Made by a program: the position numbers and the translations under genes. The notes under the pieces are model-generated. The model searched no databases, was not told where the DNA came from, and saw only the letters and a list, made by a program, of their open reading frames with translations. A DNA stretch of 64,000 nucleotides from contig DLQJ01000016.1 in assembly GCA_002477545.1 (NCBI GenBank), positions 24,528-88,527 on the forward strand. The letters run 5' to 3'. This DNA comes from Patescibacteria group bacterium UBA7435 (GTDB taxonomy: Bacteria; Patescibacteriota; Minisyncoccia; Phycocordibacterales; UBA918). Positions 17,914 through 27,955 of this stretch are shown here, one piece after another (position 1 is the first letter of the stretch; each line of letters begins with the position of its first letter).

Positions 17914-19083
17914 ATGGCTGATCGAATTATCACAGGAATTGATGTTGGAACCTACCAAATCAAGGTAGTGATTGTTCGTGTACCCAAAAACAAGGGCGAG
18001 CGTGTACTTCCCCAGATTATAGGTACAGGATATGCTGAAAGTCGTGGCCTACGCAATGGGTACATCATCAATGACACAGACGTAGTTCGCAGTGTTCGTA
18101 GTGCAGTTGCTCAAGCTGAGAAAGCAGCTGGTGTTGAGGTGAAGAAAGCATACGTCGGTATGGGTGGCGTTGGGACCGATGAGATCACCTCACGTGGTGA
18201 AGTCATTACTTCGCGTGCTGATTCAGAAATTACCCACGTCGACCTTGAGAAAGCAATGCAAGACAGCGAAGCACGTATTCTTGAACACATTCCAAACCGA
18301 AAAGTACTGCATGCTATTCCCCTTTCATATCATGTAGATGGTGAATTGGTACTTGGTAAGCCACAGGGCATGCGCGGAACCAAACTTGAGGTTGATTCCC
18401 TTTTTATTACCACCTTCGAACAACACCTTAACGATCTGGTGAACGCAATTGAAAGCACGGGTATCGCAGTTGAAGACATTATGGCCTCATCACTTGCGGC
18501 AAGTTTTGTAATGCTTACCAAAGCACAAAAGCGTGCTGGATGTGTATTGGCAAACATCGGAGCAGAAACCGTTTCAATTGTAGTGTTTGAAAACAGCACC
18601 CCAATTTCAATAAAAGTATTCCCTATCGGATCAAACGATATCACTAACGACATCGCATTAGGGCTCAAGATCCCATTAGAGGAAGCCGAGAAGATTAAAC
18701 GTGGCGGATTAAGTAGTGCAAACTACTCAAAAAGAAAGCTTGATGAGATTGTTGCAGCCCGCCTAACTGACATTTTTGAACTTATCGACGCACACTTGAA
18801 ATCAATCAAACGTGATGGCCTACTCCCTGCTGGGATCATCATCACCGGTGGAGGATCAGGCATCTCAACCATCCAAGACCTTGCACGAGGTGCGCTTAAA
18901 CTCCCCTCTCGCATCGCAACACTCGACCCAGGACAAAATGGAAAGATCCGTGACGCATCATGGGCAGTATCATATGGACTATGTATGTGGGGCACCAGTG
19001 ACGAAGAGGATGAGAGCCCACTAGGAATTGCAAAGCACACTAAGAACAACATCGTGCAGTGGTTCAGTCAGTTTCTGCCATAG
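17914..19083 (+). CDS. ftsA: Cell division protein FtsA
   Basis: Actin-like ATPase pattern (ITGIDVGT...IITGGGSG) and position upstream of ftsZ. Confidence 0.85.
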   Translation: MADRIITGIDVGTYQIKVVIVRVPKNKGERVLPQIIGTGYAESRGLRNGYIINDTDVVRSVRSAVAQAEKAAGVEVKKAYVGMGGVGTDEITSRGEVITSRADSEITHVDLEKAMQDSEARILEHIPNRKVLHAIPLSYHVDGELVLGKPQGMRGTKLEVDSLFITTFEQHLNDLVNAIESTGIAVEDIMASSLAASFVMLTKAQKRAGCVLANIGAETVSIVVFENSTPISIKVFPIGSNDITNDIALGLKIPLEEAEKIKRGGLSSANYSKRKLDEIVAARLTDIFELIDAHLKSIKRDGLLPAGIIITGGGSGISTIQDLARGALKLPSRIATLDPGQNGKIRDASWAVSYGLCMWGTSDEEDESPLGIAKHTKNNIVQWFSQFLP

Positions 19084-19256
19084 TAAATTTTGAAATAAAC
19101 ACAAAAAATGCCTTTCGTAAAACACACGAAAGACATTTTTGTCAATATGGTGACAGATGTAATGGGAGCGTGTATTATGTCGTTACTTACAAGTTATCTG
19201 TTACGGGTTGTAGAGCGTCTGTGCAGTGAGTTAGGTGGTATTTAATATTATATTTT

Positions 19257-20507
19257 ATGGAACAAATTAAATCAGACGTTGAATCATTCGCACGAATTCG
19301 TGTTATCGGTGTAGGAGGATCAGGAAACAATGCAGTGAATCACATGATCTCAAATAAGATCAAAGGTGTTGAGTTCATTGCAATCAACAGTGACGCACAG
19401 GACTTGCATCACTCACTTGCAAAGAAAAAGATTCACGTAGGTAAGAATCTTACCCGTGGTCTTGGTGCTGGAGGAAACCCTGAAATGGGCCGTAAAGCAG
19501 CAGAAGAAACACGAGAGGAAATCTCTAACTCACTAAAGGGTACCGACATGATCTTCATTACTGGAGGAATGGGAGGTGGTACTGGAACAGGTGCAGCTCC
19601 TGTTGTCGCAAAGATCGCTCGTGAAAGTGGTGCACTAACTGTCGGTGTAGTTACTAAGCCTTTCCTATTTGAAGGTCAAGAACGAATGCGACTTGCAATG
19701 CAAGGTATCGAAGAACTCAAAAAAGAAGTAGACGCTCTGATTACTATTCCTAACGATCGACTACTCGCAATCGTTGATAAAGAAACTACAGTCAAGAATG
19801 CATTTGGCATGTGTGACGATATTCTGAAGCAAGCAGTAGAAGGTATCTCTGACTTGATCACTATGCCAGGTATCATTAACGTTGACTTTGCTGACATCCG
19901 TTCTGTTATGGAAAACGCTGGTTCAGCACTTATGGGAATCGGAATGGCTACAGGAGACAAGCGAGCTGAGGAAGCAGCGACTGCTGCGATCAATTCCCCA
20001 CTTCTTGAAGTATCTATCACGGGAGCCAAAGGTGTACTCTTTGCAATTGCCGGAGGTGATGACCTTGGAATGCTTGAGATTCAAGATGCAGCTCGAGTAA
20101 TTACTGAATCTATCGATCCACACGCAAAGGTAATCTTCGGAGCAATTAGGGACGAGAAAATTAAGAAGAATGAACTAAAGGTAACCGTAATTGCGACAGG
20201 ATTCCCTGAGCTTGATGGTACGCCACAAAGTTCGACGGTCGTGCGTACTCCTGCTTCACGTCACAATACTGACGAGCAACCTGAAGAAGAAGGACGTGGA
20301 CGTATCTTTAACTCACTTAGTTCGTCACGAAAGAAAGAGGAGCCAGAAGTTGCCGTAGAAGCAGCATCTGCTCCAGCAGAACGAAAACCAGAACCAGTAA
20401 AATCCGAAATCAAAACCGAACCACGACCAGTGGACCCAATTGATGATGAGGATGATGAGGACTGGGGTGCCGTACCAGCATTTCTGCGACGATCAAAGCT
20501 TAAATAA
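19257..20507 (+). CDS. ftsZ: Cell division protein FtsZ
   Basis: Tubulin signature [23 protein letters not shown] and an acidic C-terminal tail. Confidence 0.95.
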   Translation: MEQIKSDVESFARIRVIGVGGSGNNAVNHMISNKIKGVEFIAINSDAQDLHHSLAKKKIHVGKNLTRGLGAGGNPEMGRKAAEETREEISNSLKGTDMIFITGGMGGGTGTGAAPVVAKIARESGALTVGVVTKPFLFEGQERMRLAMQGIEELKKEVDALITIPNDRLLAIVDKETTVKNAFGMCDDILKQAVEGISDLITMPGIINVDFADIRSVMENAGSALMGIGMATGDKRAEEAATAAINSPLLEVSITGAKGVLFAIAGGDDLGMLEIQDAARVITESIDPHAKVIFGAIRDEKIKKNELKVTVIATGFPELDGTPQSSTVVRTPASRHNTDEQPEEEGRGRIFNSLSSSRKKEEPEVAVEAASAPAERKPEPVKSEIKTEPRPVDPIDDEDDEDWGAVPAFLRRSKLK

Positions 20508-20617
20508 GTCTTGACGAGCAAGAAATCTCCTAGAAACCCGTGACAATGTCACCGGTTTCTAGCATCCCACTCTAAAATCCCGTATAATAGGTGAATTATT
20601 TATCTATATATACTGAC

Positions 20618-21541
20618 ATGTACGACTTGATTATCATTGGAGGAGGACCTGGAGGGATCGCAGCAGGAGTATACGCATCACGGAAACAACTTAATACCCT
20701 CTTTGTAACTAAGGAATGGGGTGGACAAAGTATCGTCTCACCTGATATTCAAAACTGGATCGGGACACCCTCTATTTCAGGCGACCAACTTGCAAAAGAT
20801 CTTGAAAACCACCTACGAGCCTATGCGGGTGAGTTTGTTGAAATTAAAGATAAGAATCTTGTAACCAGTATCATCAAGGAAGATGACGGTACTTTTACTG
20901 CAACGTTTGAGGACGAGTCTACAGCACAAGCAAAGGCAATACTTATCGCAACAGGATCAAAACGGCGACAGCTACCGACTCCTGGTGCTGAGCAATTTGA
21001 ACACAAAGGACTCACCTACTGTGCAACCTGTGATGGCCCGCTGTTCTCTGGACAAGACGTTGTAGTGGTTGGGGGTGGGAACGCAGCGTTTGAGACTGCA
21101 GCACAGCTTCTGGCGTACACTAAGAGCGTTACGCTTCTCCAACGAAGCGATTCATACCGTGCAGACCCAGTAACTGTTGAAAAAGTACTTTCTCACGAAA
21201 ATATGACAGGTGTACTTAATGCCGACCTTACTGAGATTAAAGGAGACAACTTCGTATCAGGACTTACCTACAAAGATGCTGACGGAAACGAACAAGAACT
21301 CGCTGTTACAGGAATTTTTGCAGAAATTGGAATGATCCCAAACACTGACTTCCTCGAAGGGGTTATCGAATTAGACGACTACAAACGAGTAACTATCGAT
21401 CCATGGACACAACAGACAAGCGTGCCAGGAATTTGGGCCGCTGGAGATTGCACCAATATTAAGTATCATCAGAATAATATTAGTGCAGGTGACGCGGTAC
21501 GCGCTCTTGAGGATATCTACGTACATCTCAAGACTAAATAA
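20618..21541 (+). CDS. trxB: Thioredoxin-disulfide reductase
   Basis: FAD motif YDLIIIGGGPGG, redox-active CATCDG, NADPH motif VVVVGGGNAA; an alternative GTG start at 20591 is possible. Confidence 0.85.
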   Translation: MYDLIIIGGGPGGIAAGVYASRKQLNTLFVTKEWGGQSIVSPDIQNWIGTPSISGDQLAKDLENHLRAYAGEFVEIKDKNLVTSIIKEDDGTFTATFEDESTAQAKAILIATGSKRRQLPTPGAEQFEHKGLTYCATCDGPLFSGQDVVVVGGGNAAFETAAQLLAYTKSVTLLQRSDSYRADPVTVEKVLSHENMTGVLNADLTEIKGDNFVSGLTYKDADGNEQELAVTGIFAEIGMIPNTDFLEGVIELDDYKRVTIDPWTQQTSVPGIWAAGDCTNIKYHQNNISAGDAVRALEDIYVHLKTK

Positions 21542-21587
21542 CTCCAAAACTACTTCATCGTTACTTTTACACAAACTCTGGTGAATC

Positions 21588-21628
21588 AAAAGAACCCTGC
21601 GCACACGCAGGGTTCTTTTGATTTTGAT
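21588..21628 (+). terminator. Rho-independent terminator after trxB
   Basis: aaaagaaccctgcgcacacgcagggttcttttgattttg. Confidence 0.6.
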
Positions 21629-21974
21629 GTTTCAATTTTTAGAAAAGTGAAAGGGCCTATCGGACAAATGACAAGTCACTTATCCGATAGGCCCTTCCTT
21701 GTACAACGTAGAGCTTTTAGATCTGCACGCCTGTACCTTTGTTAGCCTACAAAGATATAGTATGAATATCACCACCGCGCAAACCTATATACATACTCTC
21801 ACACCAGAAAACAAGGTCAATACCACGCAACTACCCACTGTAAAGGCTTATTTTTAGCCATTATGGGGATAACTAGGGGATAAGTATATGTATAACTACA
21901 GGTACAACTGGGGTAAAACTAGGTGTAAAAGCATGTGTGTAAGTAGAAATGCACATTACACAATATTTTGTGAA

Positions 21975-22733
21975 TTATACCCTAAAAAATGTTCCAACAA
22001 GGAAAGCAATAAGAGCTGCCGCTCCCCCAACTACAAGCACCTCAAAGAGCGACTTGCCAAGACTTGAACCTACAATCTTCCACTTAAGAAGTCCCAGAAG
22101 AACCAACGCAACGAACGTCCCAAAGATAGAGTATTCAAACAAAGCTGCAGTTGATGAGTCACCCCAGAACATAAACGGCAACAACGGAATCGCTCCAAAT
22201 ACTAAGAATGATGCAAAGGTAGCAAATCCTGTGTACACAGGATTGTCTCCGCGAGGATCAGGCATTTCAAGTTCGTGAGTCATCATGAAATCTACCCAGT
22301 ATGTCTCATTAGACTTATAGATATCAGCAAGCGTCGTCGCTTGATCTTCAGTAAATCCCTTTTGCATCATAATAGTAATAGTCTCTACGTATTCCATTTC
22401 AGTATTATTTCGAATCTCATTTACCTCCTTCTTTCGTGCAGCCCTATAGAGATCCTGATCTGACTTAACCGCAAGAAAGTTTCCAAGCCCCATAGACACA
22501 CCATCAGCAAAGAGGTTTGCCAGTCCGAATAGAAGCACTACTAAAAACGAGAGTTGCGTTGTTGTCTCATTCGACAAAGCCGCACCAGAGAATCCGGCTA
22601 CAACCGCAAAAGTAGTTACAATTCCATCAATTCCACCGTAAATTACCTCTTTAAAGTAATCAGCAAGTGGTGATTGGGAATGTTCATCGTGAAGGTGCTG
22701 TGCAAGCGCCTCATCTCGAGTTGTGGTATGCAT
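21975..22733 (-). CDS. VIT1/CCC1-family iron/manganese transporter
   Basis: Hallmark GGIDGIVTTFAVVAG and a C-terminal TM bundle. Confidence 0.75.
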   Translation of the reverse strand: MHTTTRDEALAQHLHDEHSQSPLADYFKEVIYGGIDGIVTTFAVVAGFSGAALSNETTTQLSFLVVLLFGLANLFADGVSMGLGNFLAVKSDQDLYRAARKKEVNEIRNNTEMEYVETITIMMQKGFTEDQATTLADIYKSNETYWVDFMMTHELEMPDPRGDNPVYTGFATFASFLVFGAIPLLPFMFWGDSSTAALFEYSIFGTFVALVLLGLLKWKIVGSSLGKSLFEVLVVGGAAALIAFLVGTFFRV

Positions 22734-22860
22734 GAGAGTATTGTAGCAGAAGTAGTTATATGGAGATACAAGCACTAGCTTTTTTGTGTTTATTTGGTAC
22801 TATATTGGCCACGTTTACTGTTTTCTGTAAACATAAGTAATACTGACCAAAATATAAAAT

Positions 22861-22932
22861 GGTCCCATCGTCTAATGGTTAGGACGCTAGGTTTTCATCC
22901 TAGAAATCGGAGTTCGATTCTCCGTGGGATCA
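22861..22932 (+). tRNA. tRNA-Glu (anticodon TTC)
   Basis: GGTCCCATCGTCTAATGG..., anticodon loop TTTTCAT, T-arm CGGAGTTCGATTCTCCG. Confidence 0.85.
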
Positions 22933-22941
22933 CACAGGAAA

Positions 22942-22983
22942 GATAACAAAACACTACTTCTTAAGAAGTAGTGTTTTGTTATC
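22942..22983 (+). terminator. Perfect 42-bp palindrome/terminator hairpin immediately 3' of tRNA-Glu
   Basis: gataacaaaacactacttctt|aagaagtagtgttttgttatc; a second hairpin gaagctgaactgcttcagcttc follows. Confidence 0.6.
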
Positions 22984-23169
22984 TTAGAAGCTGAACTGCT
23001 TCAGCTTCGGCCTGTGTGATAAGCGCAGACATATTTTTATTATTCATAATATAAAAACAGTCGAGCTGGGGTCGAGAACACTTGGTAGATTCTGAACATA
23101 GTGAAAGAATATACTTAGTGATTTGTGACCATATACAACTCCACAAACCAATTATGGTATTCTTTCCCC

Positions 23170-23910
23170 ATGAAACTAATCTCGATCAACGCTGAGCATT
23201 CAAATCATTTCTCTAAAACGATGCCTTTTCTTACTACTGAAATGGCCGACGTAGTGTGCGTACAAGAATGTACACAGCCAATACAAAATGCGCTGGAGGA
23301 TCTTGGTTACCATACGCACTTTGGTACCACAGTATTACATGATAAAGATGGAAAAGTAGTCCCTGCAGGCAACCTTTTCGCCTCACTAATTCCTGCAGTC
23401 GTATATACTCAATATTATTACGAACCTGCAGAGGAACTCACTGCCTTCGACCCATCACGTGTTCGCGAATCCTTTAAACAGGGTCTTATCAATGCGACAT
23501 TGGTCATAGACGGCACCGAATACACGATTATAACGACTCATTTCACCTGGACTCTTGATGGAAGTGCCCCAAGCAAAAATCAAAAAGATGACCTCGATGC
23601 ATTACTAAAGTACACAGAAAAACTTCCTGAACACATACTTGTTGGTGATTTTAATATTCCACGTTTACACAACCCGCTCTACAAAAAACTAACTGACGTA
23701 TACACGGACCAAATACCAAAAGAATTCAAATCAAGTTTAGATAAAGACCTCCATCGGGTTGGCAACGATCCTGAAAAATCAATTCTCTTCACTGACTACA
23801 TGGTTGACTACCTATTCACCAAAGGTACATACACCGCACCACATGTAGAACTTATTTTTGGTGTTAGTGACCATGCTGCTATTGTTGCAACCATACACAA
23901 GGAGAATTAA
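23170..23910 (+). CDS. Endonuclease/exonuclease/phosphatase (EEP) family protein
   Basis: LISINAEH...VVCVQE N-terminal EEP motif and C-terminal SDHAAIV. Confidence 0.6.
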   Translation: MKLISINAEHSNHFSKTMPFLTTEMADVVCVQECTQPIQNALEDLGYHTHFGTTVLHDKDGKVVPAGNLFASLIPAVVYTQYYYEPAEELTAFDPSRVRESFKQGLINATLVIDGTEYTIITTHFTWTLDGSAPSKNQKDDLDALLKYTEKLPEHILVGDFNIPRLHNPLYKKLTDVYTDQIPKEFKSSLDKDLHRVGNDPEKSILFTDYMVDYLFTKGTYTAPHVELIFGVSDHAAIVATIHKEN

Positions 23911-24485
23911 CGATCACACTCGCCCCACTGTCCAACCTTTTCAAAACGTGCTGACTTTTCTGCATCTCTGTACACTTTTTGGTTTTGGTATGGTTTGATA
24001 AAAGTAAATTCTTCGGCATACCCTTGTGTAATCATCACCTCTCCAAAGTCAGTACCATCTTCCATTTGTATATACGCAAGGACACGATCATACTTGTCGC
24101 GCATGTCTTGCGAGGAATCTGTTTGTATGTGAACCGATGTGTCTGCAAGTAATTCCTGCGCGTATGCAGAAGCCTCAGCACCGTAACACTCTGCCCCCCT
24201 ACTTGAATGTTCAGTTTCAGGAGTATCAATACCAAGTACCCGAATAGTTTCTTGCTGTCCATCAATCTGTAGCTGTACTGTGTCTCCATCAATCACTGAC
24301 AAAATCGGATACGGACCATCGTATGTTTGTACTGTTATTTTATCTGACTGTTCAGATAAAGATTCAAATTGCGTATCTACAGCGTCTTCAATGTACTCCT
24401 TAGGTACATCAAGACCAATATAACCAAGCACTGCGACGATAGTCGCAACCAGCAGTACTTTTATAAGCGGAGTATTCTTTTTCAT
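23907..24485 (-). CDS. Secreted thermonuclease (staphylococcal nuclease-like, SNase fold)
   Basis: Signal peptide MKKNTPLIKVLLVATIVAVLG; SNase motifs VIDGDTV and RVLGIDTPE; start moved from a GTG to the ATG carrying the signal peptide. Confidence 0.7.
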   Translation of the reverse strand: MKKNTPLIKVLLVATIVAVLGYIGLDVPKEYIEDAVDTQFESLSEQSDKITVQTYDGPYPILSVIDGDTVQLQIDGQQETIRVLGIDTPETEHSSRGAECYGAEASAYAQELLADTSVHIQTDSSQDMRDKYDRVLAYIQMEDGTDFGEVMITQGYAEEFTFIKPYQNQKVYRDAEKSARFEKVGQWGECDR

Positions 24486-24518
24486 GTCACAATTATACCG
24501 CACGTAAAAAGGCGATGG

Positions 24519-25307
24519 TTATACCATCGCCTTTATATTATTTTTTACCTTCTGTTTTGCAGTAGCTTCAATCTGTCGCACGCGTTCTCTGGTGATCTTA
24601 TATTTCTTGCCAAGATTTTCAAGTGTCGCAACACTATCCGTGTCACGAGGATAACGTTTGAGTAAGATATCTTTTTCACGATCAGATAAACAATTAAGTG
24701 CCCGATAGTAACACACAAGACGTTCTTCTGTAATCAGCATCTCCAACACTGAAGGTCCTTCTGCTTCAAATGAATCGATAAAATCTCTTTCCTCACTGTC
24801 AAGACCAAAAGTTATTACCGACTGTTCGGAAACCAATTTACCAAAACAAAATGGTAACAGGTCCCGAATCCGGTACTCCTTGACCTTTAGTTTCTCTGCA
24901 AGATTCTGTACCGAAGCCTCACTTCCATCAAGATTGAGTTCTTTGCTTACCTTTTGTATTTCAGCAACCAATTTCCATGCATTAGGAGGAATCTTAACAC
25001 CAGCACTAGTACGGATATAATACTCTCTGATACAGTTCTGAACATGCCAAAAGGAAAATGTGGTGAACTTACCTTTCTGTGGCTGAAATGCTTTCATGTT
25101 TTTGAAAACACTAATCTGAATTTCAGTCAAGAGATCTTCACGGTCTTCTTTTTCAAGAGATTGAAGATTTGGATGATTACGCATTAATTTTAGAAAATAA
25201 AGCGTATGTGTCATTATAATTTTCCACCCGGATTCTTCCGAACCAGCAAGAAAATCTTTTTGTAGTACCTCAACTTCTTCTGAAGAGAGAAATTTTGTTC
25301 TATGCAT
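24519..25307 (-). CDS. RNA polymerase sigma factor, sigma-70 family (group 3/4 size)
   Basis: Region 2-like FTTFSFWHVQNCIREY and a region-4 HTH (ATLENLGKKYKITRERVRQIEATA); AAGGAGGG RBS 4 nt upstream of the chosen ATG. Confidence 0.65.
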   Translation of the reverse strand: MHRTKFLSSEEVEVLQKDFLAGSEESGWKIIMTHTLYFLKLMRNHPNLQSLEKEDREDLLTEIQISVFKNMKAFQPQKGKFTTFSFWHVQNCIREYYIRTSAGVKIPPNAWKLVAEIQKVSKELNLDGSEASVQNLAEKLKVKEYRIRDLLPFCFGKLVSEQSVITFGLDSEERDFIDSFEAEGPSVLEMLITEERLVCYYRALNCLSDREKDILLKRYPRDTDSVATLENLGKKYKITRERVRQIEATAKQKVKNNIKAMV

Positions 25308-25342
25308 TGCGCCCTCCTTCAATTGCACGATCCATTTCCACC

Positions 25343-27157
25343 TTACTCTACAGTCACCGACTTTGCAAGATTTCTAGGCCGATCTACATTCAATCCTTTG
25401 GAAACACCCACATAATAGGCAAAAAGGTACGTCGGGATAACTGAAACAATTGGCTGTACAATCGGATGTACTTTCGGTACATAAATGACGTCGTCTACCA
25501 AATCTGCAATCTGTGTGTCTCCTTGAGTAGCTATGGCTAATACTGGTGCACTGCGCGCTTTTACTTCTTCAATATTTGAAACCATCTTTTCATACACATC
25601 GTCTTGTGGAACTAGAGCGATAACAGGAAAATTTTCATCTAGTAGCGCAATCGAACCATGCTTTAACTCTCCTCCTGCATAGGCCTCAGCGTGAATATAT
25701 GTCACCTCCTTAAGCTTTAATGATCCTTCGTACGCAATTGGTGCATGGAATTTCCTGCCGATGTACATTGCGTTTGTGTAGTGCGCATACTTTTCTGCGA
25801 TCTTCTGAATATCTTTATGTTGGTCGAGCACTTTCTGTACCTGATCAGGCAAGTCTTGCAGTGCTTGCGCAATCTCCTTTCCATCTTCCTGCGTCATTCC
25901 CTTCTCTCGTCCAATCAAAAGTGTCAAAAGAATCATCACCACAATCTGCGACACTACCGCCTTACTCGAGGCAATACTAATCTCAGGACCAGCATGGTTG
26001 TAGACTCCAGCATCAGTCTCGCGCGCGATAGTTGAACCAACGACATTCACAATTCCAAGTGTTAAAAGATCCATCTTTTTTGCTAACCTGATTGCAGCAA
26101 GAGTGTCTGCTGTCTCGCCCGATTGTGTCACTGCAAGTACAGCACTGTTTTTATCTGGAATGACTGTACGATATCGGTATTCACTTGCGAGCTCAGTGTC
26201 CACCGGAAGTTTTGTGTATTCTTCAATAAGATATTTTCCTACTTGAGTAGCGTATGCTGCTGAACCGCATGCAACCATCACTAGACGATTAAGGTTTGTG
26301 AGCTGATCGAGCACTCCCTCTACTCCACCGAGTTTAGCTCGTCCCTTTTCTACCAATAGTCGTCCGCGCGTTGTGTTCTTAATAGCTTGAGGAATCTCCA
26401 TAATTTCCTTTAGGAGATAATGATCATATCCGTCTTTCTGAATTGCCTCTGCTTCCCATTCGACTGTTTCAGTAGACTTCTTTCTCTTTTCACCAGCGAT
26501 AGTCACCACGTCATATCCGTCTTTAGTCACTACTGCAATCTCGCCATCATCGAGATATACCACATCTTTAGTGTGTGCCAACAGTGCTGACGGATCAGAC
26601 GATACGAAGTGACCATCAGTTCCAACACCCAATACAATGGGACTGCCCATGCGTGCCACGATCATCTGCTTCGTATCTTTTTCAGACATCACTGCTATTC
26701 CGTAGGTTCCTCGTACGCGCACCAACGCAGCTTGTACGGCCTTTTTAAGGTCTCCTGCATACAATGTCCCGATAAGCTTCGAGAGTACCTCTGTATCAGT
26801 ATCAGAGTTAAAAGTAATACCTTGTGCAATAAGCCCCTCTCGAAGTTCACGGAAGTTTTCAATAATACCGTTGTGTACAATCCAAACGCCACCACTCATG
26901 TCCTGATGTGGGTGCGCATTCTCTACTGTTGGAGGACCATGTGTTGCCCAACGTGTGTGTGCAATGCCTGAGGTTCCAGGGATAGTTTGAGTGATTTCAG
27001 CTGCTAAATTATCAATAGGGCCAACAGCTTTGACGGCACCAAAACCTGGAACGTAGATACCCGCAGAATCATACCCACGGTATTCAAGTGTTCGCAAACC
27101 TTCAATAAGTATAGGTTCTGCTGTTCTACTTCCTACATATCCAAATATTCCGCACAT
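25343..27157 (-). CDS. glmS: Glutamine--fructose-6-phosphate aminotransferase
   Basis: N-terminal MCGIFGYVG (Ntn Cys), two SIS domains, 604 aa. Confidence 0.95.
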   Translation of the reverse strand: MCGIFGYVGSRTAEPILIEGLRTLEYRGYDSAGIYVPGFGAVKAVGPIDNLAAEITQTIPGTSGIAHTRWATHGPPTVENAHPHQDMSGGVWIVHNGIIENFRELREGLIAQGITFNSDTDTEVLSKLIGTLYAGDLKKAVQAALVRVRGTYGIAVMSEKDTKQMIVARMGSPIVLGVGTDGHFVSSDPSALLAHTKDVVYLDDGEIAVVTKDGYDVVTIAGEKRKKSTETVEWEAEAIQKDGYDHYLLKEIMEIPQAIKNTTRGRLLVEKGRAKLGGVEGVLDQLTNLNRLVMVACGSAAYATQVGKYLIEEYTKLPVDTELASEYRYRTVIPDKNSAVLAVTQSGETADTLAAIRLAKKMDLLTLGIVNVVGSTIARETDAGVYNHAGPEISIASSKAVVSQIVVMILLTLLIGREKGMTQEDGKEIAQALQDLPDQVQKVLDQHKDIQKIAEKYAHYTNAMYIGRKFHAPIAYEGSLKLKEVTYIHAEAYAGGELKHGSIALLDENFPVIALVPQDDVYEKMVSNIEEVKARSAPVLAIATQGDTQIADLVDDVIYVPKVHPIVQPIVSVIPTYLFAYYVGVSKGLNVDRPRNLAKSVTVE

Positions 27158-27266
27158 AATGTAATTATTGTATCACGTTAATTGATATAGCATCGATGCT
27201 ATATAATACTTCCACTTCCCATACTAAGTTACGCCAAGTATACTGTTAATGAAAAGGAGTCACTCC

Positions 27267-27911
27267 ATGATTATAGAAAAAACAATACAATTTGTTCAAG
27301 AAACACTCGGTGGGGCTGAAGGTGGTCACGACTGGTTTCATATTGAGCGTGTCTGGAAAATTGCTAAGCACATTGGTGAAGTTGAAGGTAGCGTAGATAT
27401 GGAAATTGTAGAGCTTGGTGCTCTACTTCACGATATCGCTGATTCCAAATTTCATAACGGGGATGAAGAGATTGGGCCAAAAACTGCAAGGATCTTCCTT
27501 GAGTCGCAGAACTTTACTGAAGAAAAAATTATTGCAGTAGAAAATATCATTCGACATATTTCATTCAAAGGAAGTATCGAGGGTCAGAAGTGGACCTCCC
27601 CTGAGCTGAACATAGTACAAGATGCCGATCGCATCGATGCACTCGGAGCAATCGGTATCGCACGGACCTTTAACTACGGAGGACATAAAGGGCGAGCCCT
27701 CTACAACCCGGCGATCCCTCCGAATCTCAACATGAGTAAGGACGAGTATAAAAAAACTACCGCTCCTACACTCAACCACTTCCAAGAAAAACTATTTCTA
27801 TTAAAAGACTTGATGAACACCAATACAGCGAGGCAGATGGCAGAAAAACGGCATGACTTTATGATTACCTACGTTGATCAGTTCTTGGCAGAATGGGACG
27901 GACAAGAATAA
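27267..27911 (+). CDS. HD-domain phosphohydrolase
   Basis: H...HD motif (GGHDWFHIERVW...LLHDIADS); AAGGAG RBS 7 nt upstream of the chosen ATG. Confidence 0.65.
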   Translation: MIIEKTIQFVQETLGGAEGGHDWFHIERVWKIAKHIGEVEGSVDMEIVELGALLHDIADSKFHNGDEEIGPKTARIFLESQNFTEEKIIAVENIIRHISFKGSIEGQKWTSPELNIVQDADRIDALGAIGIARTFNYGGHKGRALYNPAIPPNLNMSKDEYKKTTAPTLNHFQEKLFLLKDLMNTNTARQMAEKRHDFMITYVDQFLAEWDGQE

Positions 27912-27955
27912 AATAAAAAACGGCACCTACATGGGTGCCGTTTTTATTTTATTCT
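27908..27955. terminator. Bidirectional terminator (extended AT-flanked palindrome)
   Basis: aataaaataaaaaacggcacctacatgggtgccgtttttattttatt. Confidence 0.6.
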
